Positions 10,897-21,358 of a stretch of DNA of 64,000 bases are shown here, one piece after another. Position numbers and translations under genes: made by a program. The stretch covers positions 124,001 to 188,000 of IMG/VR virus record IMGVR_UViG_3300021511_000003. One strand, given 5' to 3'. The notes beneath the pieces were generated by a model. That model searched no databases. It was not told the origin of the DNA and saw only the letters and a list, made by a program, of their open reading frames with translations. Each line of letters opens with the position of its first letter. Position 1 is the first letter of the stretch.

Positions 10897-11481
10897 ATGA
10901 TTATCACAGCACCGCATGAACGAATATTGGAAATGTCAGCAAACTGGATTTCTCAAGATGAAAAGAGAGTTCTAGAAATTTTTTGTCATAGAGGAGAATT
11001 TGCAGATTATTTAAGAAAACGAAATATAAAAAATTATGTAGGCACTGATCCACTACAAAGAAACGTTGATATAGCAAATTTGAATATATCAGACTATAGA
11101 TTTTTATGTGTTGATATTAGAGAAAATTATCATTATTTAAGAAAAGTATCGTTGATTGTTGCCTTTAATTATTTACAGACTGTACGAGATGATTTGGAAT
11201 TAATTAATAATATCAAACCAAATACTAAACTGATTTTCTCTGTTCCAAATATTGAGGTTGAAGGTTGTAAGAGATGGTATGATCTTGAAGGGTGGGAAGA
11301 AAGATTTAAACCATATATTAATATAAATAAGATCATTACATTTCAGAATCCATTAAGAAAAATTAAACAAACATTTCTTTTTAAAGGCACAAGAAATGAA
11401 TATATTGTTAAAAATAAATTACAGGTTTTTCAACATGTCAAATTTGATATGACAGCTAAGATGATAAAAGGGAGACGATGA
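10897..11481 (+). CDS. Class I SAM-dependent methyltransferase-like (degenerate motif I)
   Basis: VLEIFCHRG, YVGTD, LIFSVPN. Confidence 0.6.
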   Translation: MIITAPHERILEMSANWISQDEKRVLEIFCHRGEFADYLRKRNIKNYVGTDPLQRNVDIANLNISDYRFLCVDIRENYHYLRKVSLIVAFNYLQTVRDDLELINNIKPNTKLIFSVPNIEVEGCKRWYDLEGWEERFKPYININKIITFQNPLRKIKQTFLFKGTRNEYIVKNKLQVFQHVKFDMTAKMIKGRR

Positions 11482-11484
11482 TAT

Positions 11485-12144
11485 ATGGTGCAAATATTAA
11501 TTTTAGGATTTCAATCATCAGGTACAAGTATTGTAAGGAAAATACTTACAACTCATCCACATATAAAAGGTATATTTTGTGATAAATTTTTATTGAAAAA
11601 GTATGATTTTAAAGACAAAATTATTGCATATTTAGATCAAAAATTTAATAATTCAAAGTGTAATTGGGGAGAAATAATATCATATTATGATATTAATGAA
11701 GGTATTGAACCAATTGAATATTGTAGAAAATGGAATGAATATTTTTTACCAACAGCTAAAATAATTCATATAGTTAGACATCCTTTAGATGTGGCTGCGA
11801 GAATTAGAAATATTAAAGGTGTGAAACAAAAAGAACCACTTGAATTATACTCAAATAGTATGAGAAGAATTGTACCAAAGCTTTGCGGTATGAAAAATGT
11901 TATGACAATTAAATATGAAGATTTATTATTAGATCCTGATTTAATTATACCACGCATATTTAATTTTTGTGGTTTAAGTGATGATATTGATTTTAGAGCT
12001 TTAATGAAAGTAAATAAAAATATTGATATATTGAACCCATCTGGTGTTTTTATACATCAATTTAAAAAACAACCTATACCACAAGTAGATTTATCAAGCA
12101 CTTATCAAGTATTAAATCAATATCTTTCTGGAGAAATATATTAA
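11485..12144 (+). CDS. Sulfotransferase family protein
   Basis: ILGFQSSGTS, IHIVRHPLD, IKYEDLLLDP. Confidence 0.85.
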   Translation: MVQILILGFQSSGTSIVRKILTTHPHIKGIFCDKFLLKKYDFKDKIIAYLDQKFNNSKCNWGEIISYYDINEGIEPIEYCRKWNEYFLPTAKIIHIVRHPLDVAARIRNIKGVKQKEPLELYSNSMRRIVPKLCGMKNVMTIKYEDLLLDPDLIIPRIFNFCGLSDDIDFRALMKVNKNIDILNPSGVFIHQFKKQPIPQVDLSSTYQVLNQYLSGEIY

Positions 12145-12164
12145 ATTAAAAGGTGCTTAAATAA

Positions 12165-12249
12165 ATGGTTTATTGGATAACTGGTAAATCGAGTTCGCCA
12201 AAAAAAGAATGGAGAACCTGATCATGAAGAAATGATGTGCGAAGGATAA
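12165..12249 (+). pseudogene. cysC: Collapsed adenylyl-sulfate kinase remnant
   Basis: MVYWITGKSS resembles the CysC start (VIWxTGxSGSGK); AAGG RBS; directly follows sulfotransferase; only ~85 nt left. Confidence 0.5.
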
Positions 12250-12260
12250 ACTATTATTTT

Positions 12261-12277
12261 AGAACAAAATATAAATA
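12261..12277 (+). promoter_or_regulatory. Phage promoter motif B (AGAACAWAA..TAAATA), representative copy
   Basis: AGAACAAAATATAAATA; related intergenic copies at 17296, 24584, 27231, 28829, 29364, 53469, 56626, 59880, 62994 (+) and 41153, 45316, 50821, 52054 (-). Confidence 0.65.
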
Positions 12278-12286
12278 CAGAGGGCG

Positions 12287-12530
12287 ATGATAGATGTAGT
12301 CAAGAGGCTACACACCAATTTAAAAATGGTAAATGGTGTTGTAGTAAACATGTCCTATGCGAAGAAAGATGATTAGTAATTTTACAAAAGAAAAAAATGA
12401 AAAATGAATCTATAGAATCTAAAAAAAGAAGATGTGAAAAACTTTAAGAAGATATTTAAAGAGTCTGTAAAGAACGGCATGCATAAAGAGAGTGTTAGAG
12501 AGAAAATTAAAAAAGATCTTGGGAGTATTA
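12287..12530 (+). pseudogene. Degraded HNH/NUMOD3 endonuclease remnant
   Basis: Encodes CSQEATHQFKNGKWCCSKH, homologous to the N-terminus of 1480-2430; stops and frameshifts follow. Confidence 0.75.
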
Positions 12531-12533
12531 TAA

Positions 12534-13229
12534 ATGGGATATCCTAAAAATCCTAATACTATAATTATAAAAAACAATTTTTATAAATCTGGACTGAGTG
12601 AATTGCAAGTATGGAATTACTATCAGAGTGTTAAAGCTCGATTCCTTCAAACAACGAAAAATAGAGATTTATCTGTTTTAATAATGACTGAATTAAATAA
12701 ACCTATAATAAGAAGAAATGTTGGTGGAAAAACTATAAGAATAACACCACAAAATTATGATAAGATTATAACGGGAAGAACAATCGGATTTTATTCTGCT
12801 ATGACTTCAATAGAGCAATATGGTATTATTGATGTTGATATCGATCCAGGAGATGGATTTCATTGGGCAAAAAAAGTTACAGCGGATGTTTATAATTTTG
12901 TTATGGATAAAATGCCTCTTGTAAGAAAAGTTCATATTATTTTTACTGGTAAGACTTCGTTTCATATTATCTGTGATTTTGGAAGAAAAATGAGAATTGA
13001 CACAATTAGATTTTTATTAAAAAAATTTCTTCAAAATTCAGAATTAAGTAAAGCATATACAATTGAAGCAAAAAGAAGACCAGGTATCCCGAATTTAGAT
13101 TTATCACCAAATAAAGTAAGAGGGAACTATATTACATTACATTCCTTGTCAATTATTGGTTTACGATGTATGGAAGTTCCTTATACACAACTTAAAAATT
13201 TTAATCCTATTAAGGGGAGAATAAAATAA
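12534..13229 (+). CDS. AEP superfamily primase-polymerase (LigD Pol-domain-like)
   Basis: IIDVDIDP (DxD), FTGKTSFHI (motif II), LDLSPN..G. Confidence 0.75.
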   Translation: MGYPKNPNTIIIKNNFYKSGLSELQVWNYYQSVKARFLQTTKNRDLSVLIMTELNKPIIRRNVGGKTIRITPQNYDKIITGRTIGFYSAMTSIEQYGIIDVDIDPGDGFHWAKKVTADVYNFVMDKMPLVRKVHIIFTGKTSFHIICDFGRKMRIDTIRFLLKKFLQNSELSKAYTIEAKRRPGIPNLDLSPNKVRGNYITLHSLSIIGLRCMEVPYTQLKNFNPIKGRIK

Positions 13230-13957
13230 TGGATTTAAAGTTTGAGATATTATATGATTTAGTTAAAACGGGATATATTCCTGTTAGTGAGATATCATTT
13301 TATACGTCACCCAGTGTGAAGAAAATTATAAAACAAACCCCGCTTGTAACAAAAAACGAATTTGTTAATAAAATGATACCAGGAGATATAGTTGTAGCAT
13401 TTTCTGCAAAGAAGCAATTTATTAAAACAAAACATGCCAAGTTTATGGCTAAATTAATGGCGACAGCTCAAGGAACGCCTTATACGTCTTCTAAGATGGT
13501 TATAGATAAAAATCATGTTGCAGGTTACGGAATACAAATTATTGATAAACCTGAAGAAAATAAAATAACGGTTAAATCACTAAAACAATTTGTTTCGGCA
13601 AGACCAGAGATGATGTTGCTTCGTATTCCAGAATTAACTGATGCACATATAAAGAAATCTATATCGTTTATAAGAAAAAGAATTGGTTTATCATATAATT
13701 CTTCTGCTTTGTTTAAAACTGCATGGAATAGATTAGTAGGTAGAAAACTTATACCATTAATGAAAGATAAACCTTTGAAACCCGATGAAGTTAATGCGAT
13801 ACAAGAACCATTATTTTGTAGTAATTTGATAACTTTAGCATTGATTTCTGCTGGTTTTACTAAGAGATTTAACAACAAAAATACATGGGATACATGGCCA
13901 AGAGATTTTATTATTTCTGATTTGACTAGAAAAATATGTAGAGTAGATTATACATAA
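13229..13957 (+). CDS. Permuted papain-like NlpC/P60 (YiiX-like) protein
   Basis: PGDIV, IGLSY, LFCSNLI, WPRDF; expected catalytic His not evident. Confidence 0.6.
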   Translation: MDLKFEILYDLVKTGYIPVSEISFYTSPSVKKIIKQTPLVTKNEFVNKMIPGDIVVAFSAKKQFIKTKHAKFMAKLMATAQGTPYTSSKMVIDKNHVAGYGIQIIDKPEENKITVKSLKQFVSARPEMMLLRIPELTDAHIKKSISFIRKRIGLSYNSSALFKTAWNRLVGRKLIPLMKDKPLKPDEVNAIQEPLFCSNLITLALISAGFTKRFNNKNTWDTWPRDFIISDLTRKICRVDYT

Positions 13958-14014
13958 GAATGTTTATATAGTAAAATAATTAATGTGTTGAAAAGATAAA
14001 TATTTTGGAGAGGG

Positions 14015-14935
14015 GTGGTTATGAAAATATCAAAAAAAATACATTGTGATAATATTATTATTTGTAAGAAAGATAGAATGCAAAAAGAGATTGATAGAAA
14101 ATTCAATGCACCAATATCAGTTGATGCTCTGTTATCAAGATTCCCATTAAATTATAGAAAAGACCCACCTGATAAACGAGATTATAAATTTTCTACTATT
14201 AAATCTAATGCTGATGTAAAACTTAAAGCACCACCTTTTATTGATCATTCGGATAGAATGTCAACGATAAAAAACCAAGGACGATTAGGGAGTTGTGTTG
14301 CTTTTGCTGTTACTGCTATGAAAGAATGGCAAGAACAAACTGAGCACGAACAAGAAGTATCTGAAGGAAAAAGAGATACAAGAAAAGAACAAGAATATAA
14401 TCTTTCAGAATCTTGGATATATTGGAAAGCTAAAGAAATTGATGCATGGCCAGATGAAGAAGGAACATCTATTCGTTATGCTATGCAAATTTTAAAAAAT
14501 CATGGGGTACCGACTGAAAAGGGTTGGGTGTATGATGATAAAAATTATGGCGAACCAAAACGATGGGCCAAAATGGTCGCAAAATGGTCATTAATTGATT
14601 CATATTGGAGAATTGAGAATCTCGAAGATTTACAATCGGCATTGTTAAATGGACCAGTACCAATTGGGGTTCCAGTTTTTTATGAATTTTTCTATCCTGG
14701 TTTTGAAGGAATTATTAGACTACCTAAAAACCCGAATAATATGTATGGTGGTCATGCTGTATGTGCTGTTGGATATAATAATGAAGATAGATTGATAAAA
14801 TTTAAGAATAGTTGGGGAAGTGATTGGGGTCAACAAGGATATGGTTATTTGACTTATGCATACATAAAGAATTATTTATGGGATGCTTGGGCATGTAAGG
14901 ACCTAAAAGTAACAAGAGAAATGTTAAAACGATAA
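14015..14935 (+). CDS. C1 (papain) family cysteine protease
   Basis: NQGRLGSCVAFA, GGHAVCAVGY, KNSWG..WG..GY. Confidence 0.92.
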   Translation: MVMKISKKIHCDNIIICKKDRMQKEIDRKFNAPISVDALLSRFPLNYRKDPPDKRDYKFSTIKSNADVKLKAPPFIDHSDRMSTIKNQGRLGSCVAFAVTAMKEWQEQTEHEQEVSEGKRDTRKEQEYNLSESWIYWKAKEIDAWPDEEGTSIRYAMQILKNHGVPTEKGWVYDDKNYGEPKRWAKMVAKWSLIDSYWRIENLEDLQSALLNGPVPIGVPVFYEFFYPGFEGIIRLPKNPNNMYGGHAVCAVGYNNEDRLIKFKNSWGSDWGQQGYGYLTYAYIKNYLWDAWACKDLKVTREMLKR

Positions 14936-14966
14936 ACACTTATTGTACAACTACAAAGGAGTATAA

Positions 14967-15998
14967 ATGAGAACACTTTGGTTATTTAGATCGAATATTA
15001 AAGAACTTGAATACTATCATGAATATAAAAATCTAAAAGTATTTGAAAGAAAATGTCATGATTTTTATTTACTTTTTCCTCTGTGGTTGCTTCGAAATGA
15101 TTATTTTGATAAAGTAATTATATGGAGATTGTCAGATAAGGTTCATTCTGATATTACTTTTGATATCAACGGAAAGAAATATATTCAAAGATGGGTTCGT
15201 AGTTTAGTTAAAGTTTTTAAAGAACCACCTCCAACTGTATCATTATGGCGAGGTGGTTTTAGAGAATATGATGCAATAACCAAAACTGACCATAATCTTG
15301 GAATTAAAATGTACTTGGGTACAGGTAAAAGGACATATCCACAGTATGGTGGTATATACGATGTAATTTTTCAAGAAGATAAAAAGGATTTTAATAATAA
15401 ATTTCTCTGTATGCCATTTTATAAAACAGCTTCTCCGTATATATTTTATGAAAAAAAGGAATGTGAAAAGATATGGGATATTTGTTGGCCATGTAATTTT
15501 TCACAAATAAGTCAGAAGGGTCAAGAAGAGTTTATTAAAGTAATATCAAATAGTTCTGATGATCGATTCCAAAAACTAAAAATTGTACATTGTGGAAATA
15601 AACCAAAAGTTGGTAAAAAATTATGTGAAAAGTATGATGTAACTAATATTGAATTTATGGGATGGCAAACAAGGAATGAATTATGTGATGTATTAAATAG
15701 AAGTAAATTTGGTTTGTGTATGAGCAATAGAAAGGATGGGTGCCCAAGAATTGCAACCGAAATATTAATGACAAAAACTCCTATGATTATTAGTGAAAAA
15801 ACACGATTACTCAATATATATAAAAAGAGAGGTGTTGTTGATGTTAATATAGAAAATATAGAATATAGAATTTTGTGGGCACTAGAACATTATGAAGACT
15901 TCAAAAAAGAAGTTGTATATGCTATAGATGAAACACTATCTTTTGAAAAAATATGCCAAAAAAATATTAATAGGTGGAAAGAAGAACTAAAAATATAA
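14967..15998 (+). CDS. GT4-like glycosyltransferase
   Basis: QKGQ, IEFMG, DGCPRIATE motif. Confidence 0.65.
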   Translation: MRTLWLFRSNIKELEYYHEYKNLKVFERKCHDFYLLFPLWLLRNDYFDKVIIWRLSDKVHSDITFDINGKKYIQRWVRSLVKVFKEPPPTVSLWRGGFREYDAITKTDHNLGIKMYLGTGKRTYPQYGGIYDVIFQEDKKDFNNKFLCMPFYKTASPYIFYEKKECEKIWDICWPCNFSQISQKGQEEFIKVISNSSDDRFQKLKIVHCGNKPKVGKKLCEKYDVTNIEFMGWQTRNELCDVLNRSKFGLCMSNRKDGCPRIATEILMTKTPMIISEKTRLLNIYKKRGVVDVNIENIEYRILWALEHYEDFKKEVVYAIDETLSFEKICQKNINRWKEELKI

Positions 15999-16038
15999 GC
16001 CCCCATAAGACTTATATTTTACAACCAGTGGTTGATTG

Positions 16039-16626
16039 TTAAGGATTCATAACATATTCTTTCACTAACTTGGGGATTTTGTTCATTTGTTTTATTTGCT
16101 TTTTAAGAAATATTTCAGTATTATAATTGTCTGTTTCAACTGCTGAAATATACATCATTTTAGTCATTGGCCATAGTAATGCTTTAATGGTCTTCTCTGA
16201 AATAGGACCAAGAATATTTCTAACACCGAGGTCAATCATATTGAGTCTTTTAAATAACCACATGTTATGAATGATCATATTAGTAAGTTTGTTATGCGGT
16301 AGAGGCCCATTTTTGTACATGATATCGTATTCTTTTTCTCGTAATTCAGTTAATCGTTCTTTTCTTGTTTGATGTTCCTCAGCATCAAATTTATTTGGTA
16401 GTTTTCCAGTTTTATTCCATCTTTCTTCATCGCTTCTTAATTTTTGAAGCATTGTATGTGCCTCATCTCTTTTTTTATCAGCTTCTTCCAATGAGTTGAC
16501 TATTAGTCTATAAATAGTTAATGCTTCCCCATAATTGTCGATTATAAAATTAACTCGATCTTCTATACTACCATAATGGAAGTCCGTACTGGTTAAGTCT
16601 TTAACTACGTTATAAACATCTTGCAT
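16039..16626 (-). CDS. Hypothetical protein
   Basis: 195 aa, AGGAGG RBS, own upstream motif A. Confidence 0.75.
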   Translation of the reverse strand: MQDVYNVVKDLTSTDFHYGSIEDRVNFIIDNYGEALTIYRLIVNSLEEADKKRDEAHTMLQKLRSDEERWNKTGKLPNKFDAEEHQTRKERLTELREKEYDIMYKNGPLPHNKLTNMIIHNMWLFKRLNMIDLGVRNILGPISEKTIKALLWPMTKMMYISAVETDNYNTEIFLKKQIKQMNKIPKLVKEYVMNP

Positions 16627-16653
16627 AATAAATTCCTCCTTTAATGTTTTATA

Positions 16654-16674
16654 TTCATTAATTAATATATATAG
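16654..16674 (-). promoter_or_regulatory. Phage promoter motif A (CTATATATATTAATTANTGAA)
   Basis: 21-bp motif found 6 times; upstream of gene 16626. Confidence 0.7.
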
Positions 16675-16708
16675 AATATAAAAAAATAAATAAAAAAAGT
16701 TTTATTAA

Positions 16709-16739
16709 AAAATAAGGAATCGAATTAATTCCTTATTTT
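16709..16739. terminator. Intrinsic terminator-like hairpin
   Basis: AAAATAAGGAAT-cgaatta-ATTCCTTATTTT just downstream of 16748-17173. Confidence 0.6.
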
Positions 16740-16747
16740 AGATGCAG

Positions 16748-17173
16748 TTATACTTGATCTGGTACCGGCATTTCCTCTTTACTCTCATTGAAATTCTTAT
16801 AAAGGATATATGTGAGAATTACCGTTCCGATGCTAGCTGTTGCTGTACCGACACCAACGAATACTTTTTTAACCGATAGTGTGGCTGGTTTTTTCTCACC
16901 GACATCTTTTTTCGGTGCTGTCTTGGTCTTCCTGGAGAAGAATTTTCTAACTTTAATCCATTTGGTTTCTCTTTTGGACCGGATGTATTCAGCTTTTTCT
17001 GAAAGATATTTATTCTCTGCTTTCTTCAGGCGAGTATTGGCAGCCTTTAAAAGTTTCTTTCGAAGAGCTATGTCTTTTTCACCGGTGGCAGTTTTCAACA
17101 TCATTTTTGCCTTTTTGACAGATGTTCGTGCTTTTTCTACTTTTAATTTCAAACTTTGTAAATGGTTTTCCAT
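16748..17173 (-). CDS. Basic coiled-coil protein with C-terminal membrane anchor
   Basis: AAGGAG RBS before ATG 17173; hydrophobic segment VFVGVGTATASIGTVILTYILY. Confidence 0.7.
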   Translation of the reverse strand: MENHLQSLKLKVEKARTSVKKAKMMLKTATGEKDIALRKKLLKAANTRLKKAENKYLSEKAEYIRSKRETKWIKVRKFFSRKTKTAPKKDVGEKKPATLSVKKVFVGVGTATASIGTVILTYILYKNFNESKEEMPVPDQV

Positions 17174-17225
17174 GGTTAAACTCTCCTTTTGTAAAGTAGT
17201 GGAATAAATAAGTAAATATTTATAT

Positions 17226-17246
17226 TTCACTAATTAATATATATAG
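17226..17246 (-). promoter_or_regulatory. Phage promoter motif A
   Basis: + strand TTCACTAATTAATATATATAG. Confidence 0.7.
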
Positions 17247-17361
17247 TTAACTTTTGTATAATGGATTGAAATATAAGATTTTATTATTAATTTTAGGAAC
17301 ATAATAATGAAAGTAATTTTAAATGATTTTGATAAATCGAATAAAAAATGAAAGGAAATTT

Positions 17362-17952
17362 ATGAGTGAATTTGTTATACCACCCAAACAAAAAAATGTT
17401 GTAATACTTTATAGCGGAGGAGCTGATAGTGTTCTAATGTTAAAACTCGCTCAAATGTCAAGTAGAAGTCCTCATTGTATTTTAATTGATTATGAACAAA
17501 AAAATATTGCTGAATTAGTTTTCGCCAAAAAACAATTAGATAAATGGGGAATTATACATCAAACAATCAAAATTGAAAATTTAAATGTTAATAGTGGACT
17601 AACCGGCGATTTAGTTGAATCACAATATAAAGATGTTCATGATATGCATGTTCCAGCAAGAAACACAATTTTTATTGCTCTTGCAATGAGTGTTGCTGAA
17701 AGTAAGAATATTGATGAAGTTTGGTATGGAGCGGATTATTCAGATCGTGAAAATTTATTTCCGGATTGTTACCAAGAATATGTTGTAAAAATGAATGAAA
17801 TGATGAAAGTTTCAGGACCAAAACCAATTAAATTAGTAGCTCCATTATTGGGTATGTCAAAAGAATTGATTCTTGAAATGCTTGATTGTTGTTGGGGTAT
17901 TGAAAATAACGATTTATATAGTGGTTATGAAGCACTCACAACATCTGAATAG
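17362..17952 (+). CDS. queC: 7-cyano-7-deazaguanine synthase (C-terminal Zn cysteines absent)
   Basis: ILYSGGADS, VPARNTIF, FPDC, APLLGMSK. Confidence 0.85.
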   Translation: MSEFVIPPKQKNVVILYSGGADSVLMLKLAQMSSRSPHCILIDYEQKNIAELVFAKKQLDKWGIIHQTIKIENLNVNSGLTGDLVESQYKDVHDMHVPARNTIFIALAMSVAESKNIDEVWYGADYSDRENLFPDCYQEYVVKMNEMMKVSGPKPIKLVAPLLGMSKELILEMLDCCWGIENNDLYSGYEALTTSE

Positions 17953-18016
17953 AAACTAAGACTTATCATTATGATAATTGTTCTTACAAAGATTGAAAAA
18001 ATAAGGAGAGTAACTA

Positions 18017-18214
18017 ATGAATGCTAAATTTAATATTAATAAAGGTGTACAAACAGGAACGATCATTAAAGAAAATAATAAAACAGTTTGGGTTAAATTT
18101 AAATATAAAAAGAATATTGCCGAAAAAGGAGCTGAAGCTCTTTATAAAAAATTTACAACTGTTATTAAACGTCATAAAATTAAACATAATGTAGTAATGG
18201 AGGAAGGCATCTAA
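18017..18214 (+). CDS. Hypothetical protein
   Basis: AGGAG RBS, coupled to next gene. Confidence 0.65.
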   Translation: MNAKFNINKGVQTGTIIKENNKTVWVKFKYKKNIAEKGAEALYKKFTTVIKRHKIKHNVVMEEGI

Positions 18215-18555
18215 TGGATTTCAATGAATATCAAAGAGAATGTAGAAAAACAGATGTTGGTACTGCAGCACAAAATTGTTTGGAACCTGGTTGGTTATAT
18301 TATGCTCTTGGGATTTCTGGAGAAGCTGGTGAAATGACAGAAAAAATCAAGAAACTTTTTAGAGATAAAAATGGAATCGTTGATGGTGAATTCAGATTAC
18401 ATTTGGTTAAAGAAATTGGAGACCAAATGTGGTATCAAGCTAGATTGTTGGATCAATTTGATATTAAATATGAGGATGTTGCAAAACATAATGTTAAAAA
18501 ACTTTTAGATAGACTTAAAAGAAATAAACTACATGGGGATGGAGATGTGAGATAA
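18214..18555 (+). CDS. MazG-like NTP pyrophosphohydrolase
   Basis: LGISGEAGEMTEKIKK, KEIGDQMWY, N..KL..R....GDGD.R. Confidence 0.9.
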   Translation: MDFNEYQRECRKTDVGTAAQNCLEPGWLYYALGISGEAGEMTEKIKKLFRDKNGIVDGEFRLHLVKEIGDQMWYQARLLDQFDIKYEDVAKHNVKKLLDRLKRNKLHGDGDVR

Positions 18556-18740
18556 CGATGAACTCTTTGAATATATATCACAATGTGAAATTAACTCCTC
18601 CTGAATTTGATGAGAATGCTGGTGATGGCAAATTTGATTTGATTTCATATATTACGGATAAACCTAAAAAATATATTTTTCACTGAACATCCAGGGCTGG
18701 TAATATACAAGGTATAAATGGTGTATAGATTGGAGATAAT

Positions 18741-19307
18741 ATGAGAACAGGAATGAAATGGGATGAATGGTATCTTGAACTTTGTAAAGTAGTTGGAAAG
18801 AAAAGTCAATGTCTTTCAAGAAAAATTGGGGCAATTTTAGTAAGAGATCGGGCTATTATATCACAAGGTTATAATGGTCCTCCAAGGGGAGTACAAACTT
18901 GTGATAAACGATGGTTAACTGATAAAAAAATGCGACAAGTAGCAGGTTTCGAAAATAAAGAGTGTGAAAACGATGAAATGTATGAATTATATAAAAGTAA
19001 ATTAGAAGGAATATGCCCAAGATATATTTCTGAAATGGGATTCAAATCAGGTGAAGGTCTTGAATGGTGTGTTGCTGGACATGCGGAAAGAAATGCATTG
19101 ATCAATGCTGCAAGAGCAGGAATTAAAACAAAAGATGCTATTATGTATATGGATTGTAATGTTCCTTGTACACCATGTCTAGTTGAAATTATCAATGCTG
19201 GTATAAAAGAAATTGTTGTTGTTAAAATATCTTATTATGATATATCTGCTCAGTACATTTTACAAGAGAGTGGATTAAAAGTTCGTGTGTATGATCATTT
19301 GAAGTAA
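18741..19307 (+). CDS. dCMP deaminase
   Basis: GYNGPP, HAERNA, PCTPC. Confidence 0.92.
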   Translation: MRTGMKWDEWYLELCKVVGKKSQCLSRKIGAILVRDRAIISQGYNGPPRGVQTCDKRWLTDKKMRQVAGFENKECENDEMYELYKSKLEGICPRYISEMGFKSGEGLEWCVAGHAERNALINAARAGIKTKDAIMYMDCNVPCTPCLVEIINAGIKEIVVVKISYYDISAQYILQESGLKVRVYDHLK

Positions 19308-19650
19308 AATATCATATGAAGAAATATATGAAAGAACAGGTATGAATTGTAGTTTAATTAGAAGAATTGAAGCAGCAGGGAATACCCAAGTTGCAATTGG
19401 TAATGTATTTGAAGTATGTTTTATTTTAGGAATTCTGTTGAAGGGGGTGTGATGAAAAACATATTTATAATTTATCAAAAATATTATTGTATATGAATAA
19501 ATTATTAACAGATAAAATATCAACTGAGAATATTTCATTTAATGATGATTTTAATACAACATATATTACGGATTAACGGTGTATTTGGTGGTTAATCCAC
19601 AACATATATTGTATTATTAATGATAGTTTAACTGATCATTAGAACGGTTT

Positions 19651-20454
19651 GTGATGTATTTAATTATCATTATGGGGGATACTGTGATAAAAAAAAGAAT
19701 GATATTGATATGTGGTCCATGTGTAATAGAAAATTTTGCATTTTTAGAGGCAGATGCTAATATTATAAAAAAAATAACTGATAGATACTCAGATATTGAT
19801 TTTTATTTTAAATCATCATGTGTTAAAGATAACAGATCTACATTACTAAATTACAGAGGACCTGGATTTGATGTGGGTATTGATTACTTACTCAAAATAA
19901 AATCTAAAGGAATTAAAATCACAAGTGATTTTCATAATATTGAGCAGATCAAACAGTATGGTCATTTAGTTGACCTCATTCAAATTCCTGCTTTTTTAGC
20001 TATGCAAACCAGTCTTATTAATGAAGCAGTTAAAATAAGAAAACCAATTCATATTAAAAAACCTCAATGGATGCCTCCATATGATGTGAAAAAGCCAATA
20101 TCTAAAGTATTAGAACAAAACAGTGTTGCAAAAGTTTTTATAACTGATAGAGGAACAACTTTTGGTTATGGAAATGTAATGTTCGATCCGAGACATATTA
20201 GAATGATGAAAAATAATGGAGCTAAAGTATTGGTTGATATAACACATCTTCAAAATCACTCTACCATATATGATCATACTTATGCTGAACAGGTTGGTAT
20301 GGCAGCAATCGCTGCTGGTGCTGATGGTTTATTTATGGAATCAACTTTTATTCCAAGAGATGCAAGATGTGATGCTGATGCTATGATATCCACAGGTGTT
20401 CTTTATCGTTATATAGATAAATTTATCAAATTATATAGGTTTATAAATGCTTAA
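19651..20454 (+). CDS. kdsA: KDO-8-phosphate synthase
   Basis: ICGPCVIE, KDNRS, QIPAFL, RGTTFGY, DITH, GADGLFME, CDA. Confidence 0.88.
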   Translation: MMYLIIIMGDTVIKKRMILICGPCVIENFAFLEADANIIKKITDRYSDIDFYFKSSCVKDNRSTLLNYRGPGFDVGIDYLLKIKSKGIKITSDFHNIEQIKQYGHLVDLIQIPAFLAMQTSLINEAVKIRKPIHIKKPQWMPPYDVKKPISKVLEQNSVAKVFITDRGTTFGYGNVMFDPRHIRMMKNNGAKVLVDITHLQNHSTIYDHTYAEQVGMAAIAAGADGLFMESTFIPRDARCDADAMISTGVLYRYIDKFIKLYRFINA

Positions 20455-21358
20455 TACAAATGAAGTAAGAATTGAAACTTGCACCAAGTGTAAATATTCA
20501 TGTATTTTTTGTCCATATTCTACTACCTTTAATAGAAAAAAGGAAGTTATGAGTTTGGATACATTCCATTTTATTGTTGATAAAATTAAAATAGAGTTGC
20601 CGAATATAACTGGTATAACAATTTCGGGATTTGGTGAATCATTCATTGATGATACTATATTAGAAAAAATTAAATATACAAGAGAACTTGGTTATAAAGT
20701 TTATATTGTAACTAATGGATATTTGTTATCACAAACTAAAATAAAATTTTTAAATGATATTGGTATTGAAAATTTAAGAATAAGTCTTCATTCGGTTGAA
20801 TCTGAAGCTTATAAAAAATTAACCGGTGTTACATCACAACACTTTAATCGTGTTATTAATAATATTCAAACTATAATTGAAAGAACAGATATACCTTTAA
20901 TTTTAACATTTGAAATTATTCCTGGTATTAATGATGATCAAATTGAAAAAATTAAAGAAATATATAACGATAGTGCTACTGTAGAAATTTGGAAACCTCA
21001 TAATTGGGTGTCATCTTATAAATATAGAAAAGGAGAAATAATAAAGAAAACTTGTAATAGACCATTCAACAGTCCATATCAGATTCAAGTAGATGGGACT
21101 GTTAATATGTGTTGCTTTGATTATAATGGTGAATTGTTATTGGGAAATTTTTTAAACCAAACAATGAAAGAAATCTTTACAGGTGATGTATATTTAGATT
21201 TAAAAGCACATCATAAAAATGGAACTTTGGATCAAACTGATTATATTTGTAAAAATTGTGATCAAAGAAAATCCCAGGATGATATTATTTTGTATAATAA
21301 TAAATTTACAAACAATTATAGAATAGGACGGACTTCAACAAATTATGCAAAAATCTGA
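20447..21358 (+). CDS. Radical SAM/SPASM domain protein
   Basis: CKYSCIFC and C-terminal CNRPF...DG.V..CC...CKNC. Confidence 0.9.
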   Translation: MLNTNEVRIETCTKCKYSCIFCPYSTTFNRKKEVMSLDTFHFIVDKIKIELPNITGITISGFGESFIDDTILEKIKYTRELGYKVYIVTNGYLLSQTKIKFLNDIGIENLRISLHSVESEAYKKLTGVTSQHFNRVINNIQTIIERTDIPLILTFEIIPGINDDQIEKIKEIYNDSATVEIWKPHNWVSSYKYRKGEIIKKTCNRPFNSPYQIQVDGTVNMCCFDYNGELLLGNFLNQTMKEIFTGDVYLDLKAHHKNGTLDQTDYICKNCDQRKSQDDIILYNNKFTNNYRIGRTSTNYAKI

